A DNA stretch of 64,000 nt, taken from contig CAVWIG010000021.1 of assembly GCA_963754945.1 (NCBI GenBank), positions 1 through 64,000 on the forward strand, in the 5' to 3' direction. How positions within the stretch are numbered: position 1 is the first letter of the stretch; every line of letters begins with the position of its first letter. This document shows, piece by piece, positions 30,929 through 40,383 of the stretch. The notes under the pieces are model-generated. The model did no database searches. It saw only the letters and a program-made list of their open reading frames with translations, and was not told where the DNA came from. Origin of the DNA: Methanotrichaceae archaeon (GTDB lineage: Archaea > Halobacteriota > Methanosarcinia > Methanotrichales > Methanotrichaceae). Both the position numbers and the translations under genes were made by a program.

Positions 30929-32077
30929 ATGAAACTGGTTAAAGTACTTATAGCACTCGCTATAGTCTTGATGGGAATTTCGGGTGCTAACGCCGTGCGA
31001 CAAGGTGTTGCTAACGGTGAATTAAAAACAGCCGGTGTTGGTCAAATAGATTATTCATTGACATATGATGCTTCACTAAATACAGTGACAAATCCAACTG
31101 TATTGAATTCACCACTTACCATGAAAGCCCAAATCGGCTCTGGGTATATCCTCGTGGAGCCTACTCCGGGCACTCCGGGAGCAACGATAACTAACGCAAA
31201 TGCTATCAATTCATTTTTGAACGCTCATTCTGCAGGAGGGGATATTGCAGCCGTTGGGCTTGGTGTTTCTGGAGCTAATGGTCAGGATGCATCAGTCAAG
31301 AATTACCAAATGTATGGATATGTCACGCCTAATTATGCATGGGCTGGCCAATATGCAGATAGCATCACGGGTGAGTCTATATCTATGCAAACTTTGACAT
31401 ATAACTATGCAACTCAAAATCTGGTTTTCCACCCAACCACTATCCAACTCGGTCCACTGGCTGTACCCACTCCATACACTTACGCCGATGCCACATCTGG
31501 TATTAAAACTGCCACCCTAAATACACTGAACAATAACCTTAACACGGGCTATACCGCAGCGCAAATCAATGGGGCCAATGCCGGAGGAACTGACAAATCA
31601 ATTGTTACTTTAACAACGGCATACCAATTCGCCCAAGCAGGAGGATCACAGACCCCATATCCAAGTATTGGTGCATTCGGACAGTCAGTAAATGCTGCGG
31701 GATCTATACTTACGGGCGTCAATGGTGGTACGATAAATGAGCTCACTGAAGGCGCGTACGGTCAGGATCCATGGACGGGATCTACCACATATATTGCAAA
31801 AACCGGTACCGCCAGTATCGCCCCCGCCCAGGACAGCATGGGATTTGAAGACAAGACTTTAACCTACGCTAGCGTGGACGACCCTACATCCGCCGGTTCG
31901 CCCTCTGGTAGCTCTTACCATACAAGTTACGTTGCTAACTTCAACGGAGCGGGTTATGAGTCGCCGGGATCATCTTATGCTAGCACCGTTCCTCTTGCGC
32001 CGCACATTTGCAGTGGCTTCCCGTACTCAATTACCACCGGAACGGAGGGAGGGGCAACGGGACAAACTTTCTTCTAG
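30929..32077 (+). CDS. Secreted Gly/Thr/Ala-rich protein (cargo, possible surface protein)
   Basis: GGAGG RBS; signal peptide MKLVKVLIALAIVLMGISGANA; T-rich terminator-like tract after the stop. Confidence 0.75.
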   Translation: MKLVKVLIALAIVLMGISGANAVRQGVANGELKTAGVGQIDYSLTYDASLNTVTNPTVLNSPLTMKAQIGSGYILVEPTPGTPGATITNANAINSFLNAHSAGGDIAAVGLGVSGANGQDASVKNYQMYGYVTPNYAWAGQYADSITGESISMQTLTYNYATQNLVFHPTTIQLGPLAVPTPYTYADATSGIKTATLNTLNNNLNTGYTAAQINGANAGGTDKSIVTLTTAYQFAQAGGSQTPYPSIGAFGQSVNAAGSILTGVNGGTINELTEGAYGQDPWTGSTTYIAKTGTASIAPAQDSMGFEDKTLTYASVDDPTSAGSPSGSSYHTSYVANFNGAGYESPGSSYASTVPLAPHICSGFPYSITTGTEGGATGQTFF

Positions 32078-32225
32078 AAAAATTCTTTTTTTTATTTATT
32101 TAATACATGCGTCAACCTCCAAGCAATTTTCCCGAGCCCGTATAATCGATTTTAAGGCCTGATTTCCAAGGATGTATTCCAGGTGGTAAAAAGAGTTTTA
32201 GGGGCAAATTTGACGACTTGGTGGG

Positions 32226-33089
32226 CTATAACTTCAGAAATTGGTCATATTTTAGCCGCTTGGTATCATCCGATAAATGCAGGTACCTCATACTGGTTTG
32301 GATATCATTGTGCCTTAATACGTGTTGGATGGTCAATAGATCGCAGCCATTTTGCACCATTAAAGAGGCGGGAGTATGCCGGAATAGAACATGTGCTCCG
32401 CCTTTCTTAGTGATCCCTGCTCGATCCTTGTAATAGATCACCAAGTTGTAGATCTCTTTACGATCATATCGGTTCCCAAAGTCTGTGAAAAATAAAGCTT
32501 GTTTGCCTTCTAATTCAAAGTCCGGTCTTAGTGCTAAGTAGTCGCGAAGTGTTTCCGCGGCATCCTCGGAAAGATACACGACAGAGGTTTTGCCGCCTTT
32601 GCCATCGCGAACCTTTAAGGCCAACCTATCAAGTTCAACATCTTCAAGATCAAGGTTACATAGTTCGGAAGCTCTTAAACACCCGTAGAATGCAGTCTTA
32701 AACATCGCGAGGTGTTTAATATTATTAATCTGGTCGAATATCTTGCAAACATCATCAGAGGTGAAGTAATAGGGAATCTCGTTAGTCCGCTTTAAAAATG
32801 GAAATTTCACTTCCTGTCCGAGCATCCTGTGATAGTTCCTGATTGCAAAACAGTAATTATTGATCGAAGATCGGGATAGATTTTTATCCATTAAGGAATC
32901 CCGGTACTCCTGTGCCATCTCCGGGGAAGGTTGATTAGATCCGCAAAACTCAAGGTACTTCTTAATTCGTTGCAGGTAATCATCCAAGGTACTCTGCCTA
33001 ATGCCTTGGTCTCTTAAATACCGCTTAAAACTTCTTAATCTGGTATCCTTGTTCGGAATATCCCATCTTATTGATAACTTCTGCCTCAT
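32226..33089 (-). CDS. int: Tyrosine recombinase/integrase (XerC/D-like)
   Basis: GCLRASEL (R), GKGGK (K), HVLFRH, LRH and TSMRY; N-terminal SAM-like domain; adjacent to attR. Confidence 0.93.
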   Translation of the reverse strand: MRQKLSIRWDIPNKDTRLRSFKRYLRDQGIRQSTLDDYLQRIKKYLEFCGSNQPSPEMAQEYRDSLMDKNLSRSSINNYCFAIRNYHRMLGQEVKFPFLKRTNEIPYYFTSDDVCKIFDQINNIKHLAMFKTAFYGCLRASELCNLDLEDVELDRLALKVRDGKGGKTSVVYLSEDAAETLRDYLALRPDFELEGKQALFFTDFGNRYDRKEIYNLVIYYKDRAGITKKGGAHVLFRHTPASLMVQNGCDLLTIQHVLRHNDIQTSMRYLHLSDDTKRLKYDQFLKL

Positions 33090-33209
33090 TTTAATACCTC
33101 ACGAGGCAGTCATTAGCCGAGCCCTGTTCACTTACAAAACCCGGTATCACACGAAAATCAATATCAGCAGAGGCGTCCAGGGAGATATTTCGGATAGCAG
33201 AGGTTCATT

Positions 33210-33266
33210 CAGGGCTTAGGACCCTGTCACGAAGGTGTTCGCGGGTTCGACTCCCGTCCCCCGCAT
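33210..33266 (+). repeat. attR (duplicated 3' part of tRNA-Leu)
   Basis: 57-bp identity to 18347-18403; the 5' part of the tRNA is absent. Confidence 0.95.
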
Positions 33267-33395
33267 CAATTTACCATTAATGATGCTGGTTTTCAAAGGT
33301 TCACCCTGAAGGCCTCCACCTATAGCTGACAGGGTTGTTGAACTAATTAGCGCATACTTCAGGTGTCGATGTCCTTGCCGAAAGACTGGACGAAC

Positions 33396-34472
33396 CTATT
33401 CTTGGTTCTTGCCTTCAAAATCCAAAATAGCCTCAACAATCCTCTGGCTGGCATCGCCCTTGCCGAACATCTCCCTCTGATCGCTATGCGGATCGAATGA
33501 GCATGCAGCGCCGACGATCTTCTCCTTATCTGCACCAACCAAGACGTTCCACCCGTCCTCCACAGTCTCCACCCATTCCGTCTCGTCCCTCATGGTTATG
33601 CAGGGCACCTTCAGCATGTACGCCTCCTTCTGGACCCCACCCGAATCCGTCAGGATCCTACGGGCGCTCTTCTCCAGCAAGAGCATATCCAGATACCCTA
33701 CAGGTTTTATGACCCTGACTTCATCGTTTAACCTGTCCCAAAGAGCAACATCTCGTAAGCGCTTCTCAGTTCTAGGGTGGCAGGGGAATACCATATCATC
33801 CATCTCACAAAGGGCATCGATTATGTTCTTCAGCCTCTCTGGATCATCGGTGTTCTCAGCCCTGTGGACTGTGGCCAGATGGTACTCTTTGGGCTTCAGG
33901 TCGAGTTCGTCCAAAATCCCTGAACTCTTCTCTGCAATCCTTATGCAGTCTCTAAGGATATCAGCCATGACGTCTCCTGTGAGGTGAACTCCTCTGATAA
34001 TCCCTTCATTTTTGAGGTTCTCGACCGCTGTCCCGGTCGGGCAGAAGAGCAGGTCTGAGCAGTGGTCTACAAGGACTCTGTTGATCTCCTCTGGCATGTT
34101 TCTGTCAAAGGAGCGAAGCCCAGCCTCGACATGGGCCACTGGGATGTGCAGCTTCGTTGCTGCCAGAGCGCCAGCGAGAGTGGTGTTGGTGTCTCCGAAG
34201 ACGAGAGCCATATCCGGCTTCTCTTTCATAAAAACGTCTTCAATCCCACTTAGCATCTCTCCTGTCTGATGGCCGTGACTTCCCGAGCCTATCCCTAAGT
34301 GGTAATCGGGTTCGGGTATGCCTAGCTCCAGGAAGAATATCTTGTCCATCTCGTAGTCGTAATGCTGACCAGTGTGGATTATCAGTTCCATAGCATCTTT
34401 TCTGATCTCTCTTGAGACTGGTGCAAGCTTTATGAAGTTCGGCCTGGCCCCAACTATTGATGCGATTCTCAT
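33396..34472 (-). CDS. wecB: UDP-N-acetylglucosamine 2-epimerase (non-hydrolysing)
   Basis: GARPNFIK, HTGQHY, HVEAGLRS and TDSGGVQKEA motifs. Confidence 0.95.
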   Translation of the reverse strand: MRIASIVGARPNFIKLAPVSREIRKDAMELIIHTGQHYDYEMDKIFFLELGIPEPDYHLGIGSGSHGHQTGEMLSGIEDVFMKEKPDMALVFGDTNTTLAGALAATKLHIPVAHVEAGLRSFDRNMPEEINRVLVDHCSDLLFCPTGTAVENLKNEGIIRGVHLTGDVMADILRDCIRIAEKSSGILDELDLKPKEYHLATVHRAENTDDPERLKNIIDALCEMDDMVFPCHPRTEKRLRDVALWDRLNDEVRVIKPVGYLDMLLLEKSARRILTDSGGVQKEAYMLKVPCITMRDETEWVETVEDGWNVLVGADKEKIVGAACSFDPHSDQREMFGKGDASQRIVEAILDFEGKNQE

Positions 34473-34551
34473 GCGCGCCTACCTGAAAAGTCAATTAAAT
34501 CTTTGTCTATCGATTCTGTTTGGATGATCTTGGATTTGATATCTAAAGACG

Positions 34552-35613
34552 CTACGGCCTCAGTCTCCTAATCTCCAGATATTTTACTTCTCCATCAGGA
34601 TACGCAAACACCATCTGCTTCCTGACGCTGTGCGCCAACCGGACCGCTCTGGACACCGCTTGTAGGTGGAATATGTAGTCTTCTGGGACCGCGTGGACGA
34701 GATACTCGGAGTGGGGGACCGACTCTAGGCCCCCTACCTTCTTATAAACCCTGAAATGGGAGCCGAACTTGAAGCCTGTCTTGACCACAAGATTGCGGTC
34801 TCGCAGATCCTTGTATACCAGGTACTTCAGATCGAAATCCTGCTCGATCGTCCTGGCCTTATCCCTGAAGCCATCAAAGTCCAGAGGTGCTCCAGACCGA
34901 TCGGACAGCCGCACCAACCCCCTTTCAAGCAGGTAAGCGGACTCAACAAGAGAGAGCTGGAGTCGACCACCAACGGACTGGCCATAGAAACCGTGCTCGT
35001 GGAAACGCTTTGAGGCAGACTCGTCCCAGAGAACCACACGGTCTTCAAGTAGGGTAGCCACTCCACCCGTCTGGGCTACTTCCGTATGTCCGGCCATGGA
35101 CTTCTCTCTGGCCTCATAGAAGGTGATGTCGCTCTCCTCATCGACAATGGCCAGCATAAGCTTCTTCCTCATCTGGCTCGCAACGCGCACCGGTTGTAAG
35201 ACCTCTTTAATGGGCAGAGGTGTACGCTCTGAAATCACCAGGACATAGAACTCGGCTGGAGCCTTGCCAGGATGTCCCCCTCGGGGGTAAACCCGGAAAT
35301 CCGGCCTTCCCGGCTGAACGATGTATCCCCTCTCGCGGAGGTCCTTGTAGACCACGTACCTGAACTCGAATCCTTTTTCCAGGGATGAGGAGATTTGGAA
35401 AAGGGCCTGGAAGTCCAGCTCCAGGCCGTCATAGGCGGAAAGGACTCTGATCCTGGATCTGTCGAGGAGATAGGCAGCCTCCACCAGGGACAGCTCCAGG
35501 CTTTGGCCTATAGGCCGGCCGAAGTAGCCCTGGTTGTAAAGCTCCGGCAAAGCTTTTGCGTCCAACAGAACTCTATCGCCCAACAGCTTGCCGGATATTA
35601 TCTCCTCTGCCAT
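34552..35613 (-). CDS. endA: tRNA-intron endonuclease (two-repeat alpha2 type)
   Basis: Duplicated LSLVE..YL / VYKDLR units; GFKFGSHFRVY; HSEYL. Confidence 0.95.
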   Translation of the reverse strand: MAEEIISGKLLGDRVLLDAKALPELYNQGYFGRPIGQSLELSLVEAAYLLDRSRIRVLSAYDGLELDFQALFQISSSLEKGFEFRYVVYKDLRERGYIVQPGRPDFRVYPRGGHPGKAPAEFYVLVISERTPLPIKEVLQPVRVASQMRKKLMLAIVDEESDITFYEAREKSMAGHTEVAQTGGVATLLEDRVVLWDESASKRFHEHGFYGQSVGGRLQLSLVESAYLLERGLVRLSDRSGAPLDFDGFRDKARTIEQDFDLKYLVYKDLRDRNLVVKTGFKFGSHFRVYKKVGGLESVPHSEYLVHAVPEDYIFHLQAVSRAVRLAHSVRKQMVFAYPDGEVKYLEIRRLRP

Positions 35614-35618
35614 GAGTC

Positions 35619-36788
35619 TTAGCAGCTCAGCTTGTCCGGCCAGATGCCGTGCATCACGCCGATGGCCTTATCCACGGTGCTATGGACCTTGTCCGCCGGG
35701 TAACCACTCGATAGCAGGTAGGACTCCACGTGGTTGGGAACGGCAATGGACATCTGCTCGACCATGGATACAGTCTGCAGAACGGTTAAGTCGCCAAACT
35801 TGACCGGAATTATAGCGTCGGAGACCAGAAGCTCGAAGATCTCCGGGCTGATGGGCCGTTCGATGCCTGAAAGGAAAGCCTCAAGGATCTCGCTGGTCCA
35901 CTCATGCTTTCTTCCCTCGTCCTGGTAGGGCATGACTACTACCTCCCTCGTCTTGGCAAACTGTTCAACCAGTTGAGCAGGCGCGACGGAGCCTTTGAAG
36001 ACCATGTTCAGGAAGTTTGTGTGCGGAACCGTGGTTGGCACTTTGCTTGCCCGGATGGAGAAGTTGACCTCCTCGAAGACAGTCCCGGCATCCTTGCCCT
36101 GGTGGCCGGCACCTTTGCCGAACTGAACGGCGGATGGAGATGCCTTGACTACTGTGTGGGGATCGCCATGCCTCCTGTCGATGTTGCCGAGCATTGCCAC
36201 AAGCCCGAGGGGCCTCGCAGCCAGAGCGAGCCTAGATAGGCCAGTGGTGTTGCAGCTTGTACACTGGACGAGCTTAGGCTTGGCTTTGGAGAACATTTCG
36301 TAGTTTTCAAGGCCGAAGAAGAACTCCCGAGCGAAGTCCGACTTTAGCTCATCAGAAATCTTTGCCTTCTTATCGGTTAGAGCCTCAAGGAGAGCGGGGC
36401 GGTCTGCTCCTCCCATCAGGGAGACAAAGCAGTCGTGAGCCAGCGCGGACTCGACATAGGGGAGCTCTTCGTCTCCGGGTGTACCTACCATGACGAAATC
36501 CGATGCCCCAAAGAAGTCGTCGTACCCGCCCTCTATCTTGACTCCAGCCATCTCCCATTTCTCTTTATCAGCTTTATCGCTCACGTAGGCCTTCACACCG
36601 TCACAGAGGCGGCCGATCTTGGCCATCATGGACTTGGCCCTGGCGTGAGGCTTTCGCACAAGGATATTGAGGTCTCCACCTATTCCTGCAGCCTCCTTGA
36701 CCTGGTTCAGCGCCAGGATGGTCCTTTTGTTCTCCGTCCCATCAAACCCGACAAATCCAGCATTTGATTTCGTATTGACTCCTCCCAT
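35619..36788 (-). CDS. Divergent archaeal type II glyceraldehyde-3-phosphate dehydrogenase-like protein
   Basis: SCNTTGL, RRHGDP, HQGKD and VPTT motifs; altered Rossmann motif GFDGTENKR. Confidence 0.75.
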   Translation of the reverse strand: MGGVNTKSNAGFVGFDGTENKRTILALNQVKEAAGIGGDLNILVRKPHARAKSMMAKIGRLCDGVKAYVSDKADKEKWEMAGVKIEGGYDDFFGASDFVMVGTPGDEELPYVESALAHDCFVSLMGGADRPALLEALTDKKAKISDELKSDFAREFFFGLENYEMFSKAKPKLVQCTSCNTTGLSRLALAARPLGLVAMLGNIDRRHGDPHTVVKASPSAVQFGKGAGHQGKDAGTVFEEVNFSIRASKVPTTVPHTNFLNMVFKGSVAPAQLVEQFAKTREVVVMPYQDEGRKHEWTSEILEAFLSGIERPISPEIFELLVSDAIIPVKFGDLTVLQTVSMVEQMSIAVPNHVESYLLSSGYPADKVHSTVDKAIGVMHGIWPDKLSC

Positions 36789-37021
36789 TTTCCTACTTCA
36801 AGAATCTCGTCTTTCGGTGTATCCCGGTTCCGATCCGGGCTTAATTATCTGTTGTCATTATGACATACCTGGATGTTTCCCCAAGTAAGACGATTTCGGT
36901 TGTGTTTCCTCCTTTTCCAAGATCCAGCATCGGCATCCAGGCAGGATCGCTTCTCAGGCATTTGACTCTCTTGACCGTATTTCAATCTTTCCGGGAAAGA
37001 TGGCCAGATTTTCATACGCAG

Positions 37022-37564
37022 CTAACTTCGACCGAACAAGTCTAAAATCCTCTTGGCGATGAATTCTGCGCTATGTTCTGGGTCCATCTTTGAGGAGTCC
37101 ACATCGATCTCTGGGTCCAGGGGTTCTTCGTAATCTACGTTTACGCCAGGAACAGCCGCTCTCTCTTGGACAGCCTTCTTGTAGATGTCCTTAGGTGCAA
37201 ACTCCGCCTTCCTTTGGGCCTCCCGGGCCATGCATGTATCGATGTCCGCTCGGATGTAGACCTCAGCGAAATCTAGCACCAGTCTTCTGGCAAGATCACG
37301 GTACCGGCGCCGGTTTGCTGTGGCATCCACAATCACATTCTTTCCGGCTTCGGCCAGGAGCTTGGCCATGTACGCAAGGCTGGCGTACACTATCTCTCGT
37401 TCCTCATCAGTGTACTTAGGATTGGGGGTGACCACCCTTCGGATCTCGTCTAGCTGGAGGATCTTAACCTCAATCCCATTTTCAGATAGAAGTGCCTTGA
37501 CTGCCTTGGCGATCGTGGTCTTACCACAGCCAGGAAGGCCAGTGAACCATACAACCCAGGCCAT
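37022..37564 (-). CDS. Adenylyl-sulfate kinase-like P-loop kinase
   Basis: WFTGLPGCGKTT, LDEIR, PGVNVDYEEP. Confidence 0.8.
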   Translation of the reverse strand: MAWVVWFTGLPGCGKTTIAKAVKALLSENGIEVKILQLDEIRRVVTPNPKYTDEEREIVYASLAYMAKLLAEAGKNVIVDATANRRRYRDLARRLVLDFAEVYIRADIDTCMAREAQRKAEFAPKDIYKKAVQERAAVPGVNVDYEEPLDPEIDVDSSKMDPEHSAEFIAKRILDLFGRS

Positions 37565-37788
37565 AATTGATCACAGCTCCAGGCTCGAATAAATAACCAT
37601 TCCATAACCATTCCTAAGGCGTGCTGCTTTTTAGTCTTATTAAAAGTGAAATCAAAAGGCAACTGAAATCGAGAAACACTGCCCTCAAATTCTGAAATCG
37701 AACAAAAGATTAATATAAGTGTATTTGATATATAGACATGCAGCAAGTCTTATAGCCCTGTGCATATGGGTATTGGGAGGTATAAAAT

Positions 37789-38061
37789 ATGGCAGAAAAA
37801 AGAAATTTCGCATTGCGTGATGCGAAAGGTAACGAGATAGGCGTTTTCTGCGGCAAGCAGCCCAGACAGGCAGCGCTCAAGGCTGCCAATCGCGGCTTCA
37901 CGGATATCCGGCTCAGGGAGCGCGGAACCAAGAAAGTGCATCTCTTCCAGGGAGAGCGCAAGCAAGTGACGAAGCCATCAAATGCACCGGGCTGGATGCC
38001 TTCAAAGATTTGGAAGCCCAACGTGAAGAAGGTAGGCATCGAGAAGCTCGAAGAGCTCTAA
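37789..38061 (+). CDS. Methanogen chromosomal protein MC1
   Basis: RNFALRD..GNE.GVF.GKQPRQAALKAA, LRERGTKKVH and WMP motifs. Confidence 0.95.
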   Translation: MAEKRNFALRDAKGNEIGVFCGKQPRQAALKAANRGFTDIRLRERGTKKVHLFQGERKQVTKPSNAPGWMPSKIWKPNVKKVGIEKLEEL

Positions 38062-38373
38062 ACATACGGGCCGTACGCTGATCTTCCTTTCTGGCTCAAT
38101 ACACCAGAGGCGCAGCATGACAGAATTCCCCAATCATCTTTATTTTATTTTCTTTGCTTTTGGCTCTTAAGATCCTGGTGGAGGGACTCTCTGTTTCTAC
38201 ACGGTCTTCTCTTCACATTCGCCAATTCAGAAGGCCTATATTAATGCTCCCTGAACTCTAAAATTGAATAAGCTTCGAATATAATGCTTTAGGATAACAG
38301 CTACGGCAAAATCACCAATAGGAAGTTAAAAAGATCACGTAACAGACGTAAAAAAAAGAAAATAAGAGAGGTT

Positions 38374-38685
38374 TTAGCCGAATAGGGCGCCCAGTCCCTC
38401 GATTCCGCTCTCCTCTGCCTCTTCTTTCTTCTCTTCTTTCTCTTCAGTTGCCTCAGCCTTGGCGGCAGGTGCTGCTGCGGTTGGGGCAGCAGCTAAGGCT
38501 ACCGGCATAGCGGACGCCTGGGATAGAACTTTGGCAATGTCTACACCCTCCAGGGCTGCGACCAACGCCTTGATCCTGACCTCGTCCACTTTCACGCCCG
38601 CGGCCTCGACTACCTTCTTGATTCCGTCCTCGTTAACCTCTTTTCCTGCGCTGTGAAGCATCAGTGCTGCGTATACATACTCCAT
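38374..38685 (-). CDS. rpl12: 50S ribosomal protein L12/P1
   Basis: MEYVYAAL...GLGALFG. Confidence 0.97.
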   Translation of the reverse strand: MEYVYAALMLHSAGKEVNEDGIKKVVEAAGVKVDEVRIKALVAALEGVDIAKVLSQASAMPVALAAAPTAAAPAAKAEATEEKEEKKEEAEESGIEGLGALFG

Positions 38686-38766
38686 TTAAATCACCTCTAA
38701 TTAACCGAATAAAGAACCCGGCCCTGCAGCCGGGTCCTCTTCTTTCTTCTACTCTTCCTTGGGCTT

Positions 38767-39663
38767 TTATTTCTCTTTTACTGGAGCCTGCGCTGGAGCA
38801 GTCTCCCTTTTGGATAAACTCGCTAAGGCCTGGGCGTTTGCAGCGGCGCGTGAGATTACTACATCCATCATGCCCGGCACGGGGATTCCGCCCTCGGCAA
38901 CCAGACTCCTGGCCCCGACGAAAGCCTTCTGCAAAATGGCATTAATGGTCTCCGGCGTGGCATAGCCGATCTCCGTAGCGAAGTTGAACGCTTTTGCTGA
39001 GGCTGAGCCCATCAGAGACAGCATACCATCTACGTCCACGGCTAGATCCTTGGCCTTGAACACCAATCCGCCTTCGTAGATCGCTCGGATCTCCAGTCCC
39101 ACATTCTTCGGGAAGATCTCCATGGTCTTCAGGATATCAGCGGTTTTAGCGGACACGACCTCCCCCTCTTTGACAAGGGTTATCTTTTGGTTGATGACCA
39201 CTTTTCCGCCTTTAATGGCCGCAGGTATTCCTGCTGCTTGGAGCTTGCCAACCATTGGTCCTGGGGAGAAAGACGTCTCACCAGCTTCGACCACTATGTC
39301 CTTGGGTGCTCGTGCGCCTGCGCGCATGGCCATTGGACGCTTGGCTTTCTCAAACATGCTGTAGAGCCTAAAGGGATTTCCGTTGCTGAAGACGAGGGCG
39401 CTCTGGTCCTCGATGAAATCAGCAAGCGGCTTAATCTCCTGAGAAGAGGAATCCAAGGCCCTGCGTGCTATGTTGTTGCGCACCATCTTGACCTCGACTT
39501 CGCTTCTCAGCACTCCTCGCATCTGTTGCAGGTCGCTGGCCGGAATCTCCCGCATCCCTACAACGCCAACAACTCTGCTCTTGCCTATCCGTTCTACCAG
39601 CTCACTTACCTCTTTTACCTTCCATTCTGGGAGATGGGCGGTACGGCGTACCTCTGATGCCAT
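38767..39663 (-). CDS. rplP0: 50S ribosomal protein L10/P0 (C-terminal tail cut off by in-frame stops)
   Basis: PEWK, LQQMR, GETSFSPGP; remnant tail in frame down to 38701. Confidence 0.95.
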   Translation of the reverse strand: MASEVRRTAHLPEWKVKEVSELVERIGKSRVVGVVGMREIPASDLQQMRGVLRSEVEVKMVRNNIARRALDSSSQEIKPLADFIEDQSALVFSNGNPFRLYSMFEKAKRPMAMRAGARAPKDIVVEAGETSFSPGPMVGKLQAAGIPAAIKGGKVVINQKITLVKEGEVVSAKTADILKTMEIFPKNVGLEIRAIYEGGLVFKAKDLAVDVDGMLSLMGSASAKAFNFATEIGYATPETINAILQKAFVGARSLVAEGGIPVPGMMDVVISRAAANAQALASLSKRETAPAQAPVKEK

Positions 39664-39664
39664 T

Positions 39665-40300
39665 CTAAATCACCCTTATAGCTGGCCCCATAGTTGTCTT
39701 GACGTAGACCGACTTCAGGTTCTGCTTTCCATCCTTGAGCGTCTGCTCAAGCTTGGTGACGACTGTGTCGATGTTCTCCGTAAGGGCCTTAATGTCCATG
39801 TTCTTGTTCCCGACAGTCAGATGGAAGGTCATCTTGTCCCTGGACCTGATCCGGATCATGTTCCTTAGCCTGTTGATCTGGGGAGTGACATCCTGAGTAG
39901 GAGGCAACGGGGATGGCATCTTGCCCCTCTTGCCCAGAATCGGTCCCAAACTTTTACCGATCACCGGCATGAACTGTGTCTCTGCTATGAAGAACTTGTA
40001 CTCGTCAGCGAGCTTTCTGGCAGCCCTCTTGTTTCCACCTAGCTCTTTGATCTCATCGCCTGAGAGGACACGATCTGCACCGGCACTCTTGGCCCGCATA
40101 GCAGTCTCTCCGCTCGCGAAAACAGCTATCTTGGCAGGCTTACCAACGCCGTGGGGTAGAATTATCTCCACATCCACGCGGTTGGCTGGCAAAGATAGGT
40201 CGATGTTGTGCAGGTTTATGGCCAGATCTATGCTCTCGCTGAACTTTCGGGCAGGCGCAACTTCGATGGCCTGCCTTACAGCATCTTCTATATTTGTCAT
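39665..40300 (-). CDS. rpl1: 50S ribosomal protein L1
   Basis: RKFSESIDL, LGPILGKRGKMP and KTTMGP motifs. Confidence 0.97.
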   Translation of the reverse strand: MTNIEDAVRQAIEVAPARKFSESIDLAINLHNIDLSLPANRVDVEIILPHGVGKPAKIAVFASGETAMRAKSAGADRVLSGDEIKELGGNKRAARKLADEYKFFIAETQFMPVIGKSLGPILGKRGKMPSPLPPTQDVTPQINRLRNMIRIRSRDKMTFHLTVGNKNMDIKALTENIDTVVTKLEQTLKDGKQNLKSVYVKTTMGPAIRVI

Positions 40301-40309
40301 CTCAATCCT

Positions 40310-40340
40310 CCGTAGTCTGCGACTTTAAGGTCTCCTACGG
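40310..40340 (-). promoter_or_regulatory. Candidate L1 autoregulatory mRNA hairpin upstream of rpl1
   Basis: Minus strand CCGTAG-GAGACCTTAAAGTCGCAGA-CTACGG forms a stem with a purine-rich internal loop overlapping the GGAGG RBS. Confidence 0.55.
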
Positions 40341-40383
40341 CTTCTCAAAAAAGAGAATCAACCCAACTTGACTACCTTGTATT

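Larger units (their letters stand above)
18347..33266. mobile_element. tRNA-Leu-integrated element: satellite-like or defective provirus with replication and terminase genes
   Basis: 57-bp att repeats, integrase next to attR, lower GC than flanking host genes, prim-pol, helicase and terminase genes. Confidence 0.92.

Noticed and set aside
32226-33266. SSV1-type integrase split by the att site
   Set aside because: An in-frame TGA lies 12 nt upstream of the ATG, a GAGGT RBS is present, and the gene is complete and separate from attR.
33210-33266. Second tRNA-Leu gene
   Set aside because: It lacks the 5' acceptor strand and D arm; it is attR.
38749-38751. Pyrrolysine read-through of the TAG in the P0 tail
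   Set aside because: A TAA stop comes first and no pyl genes are in the window.
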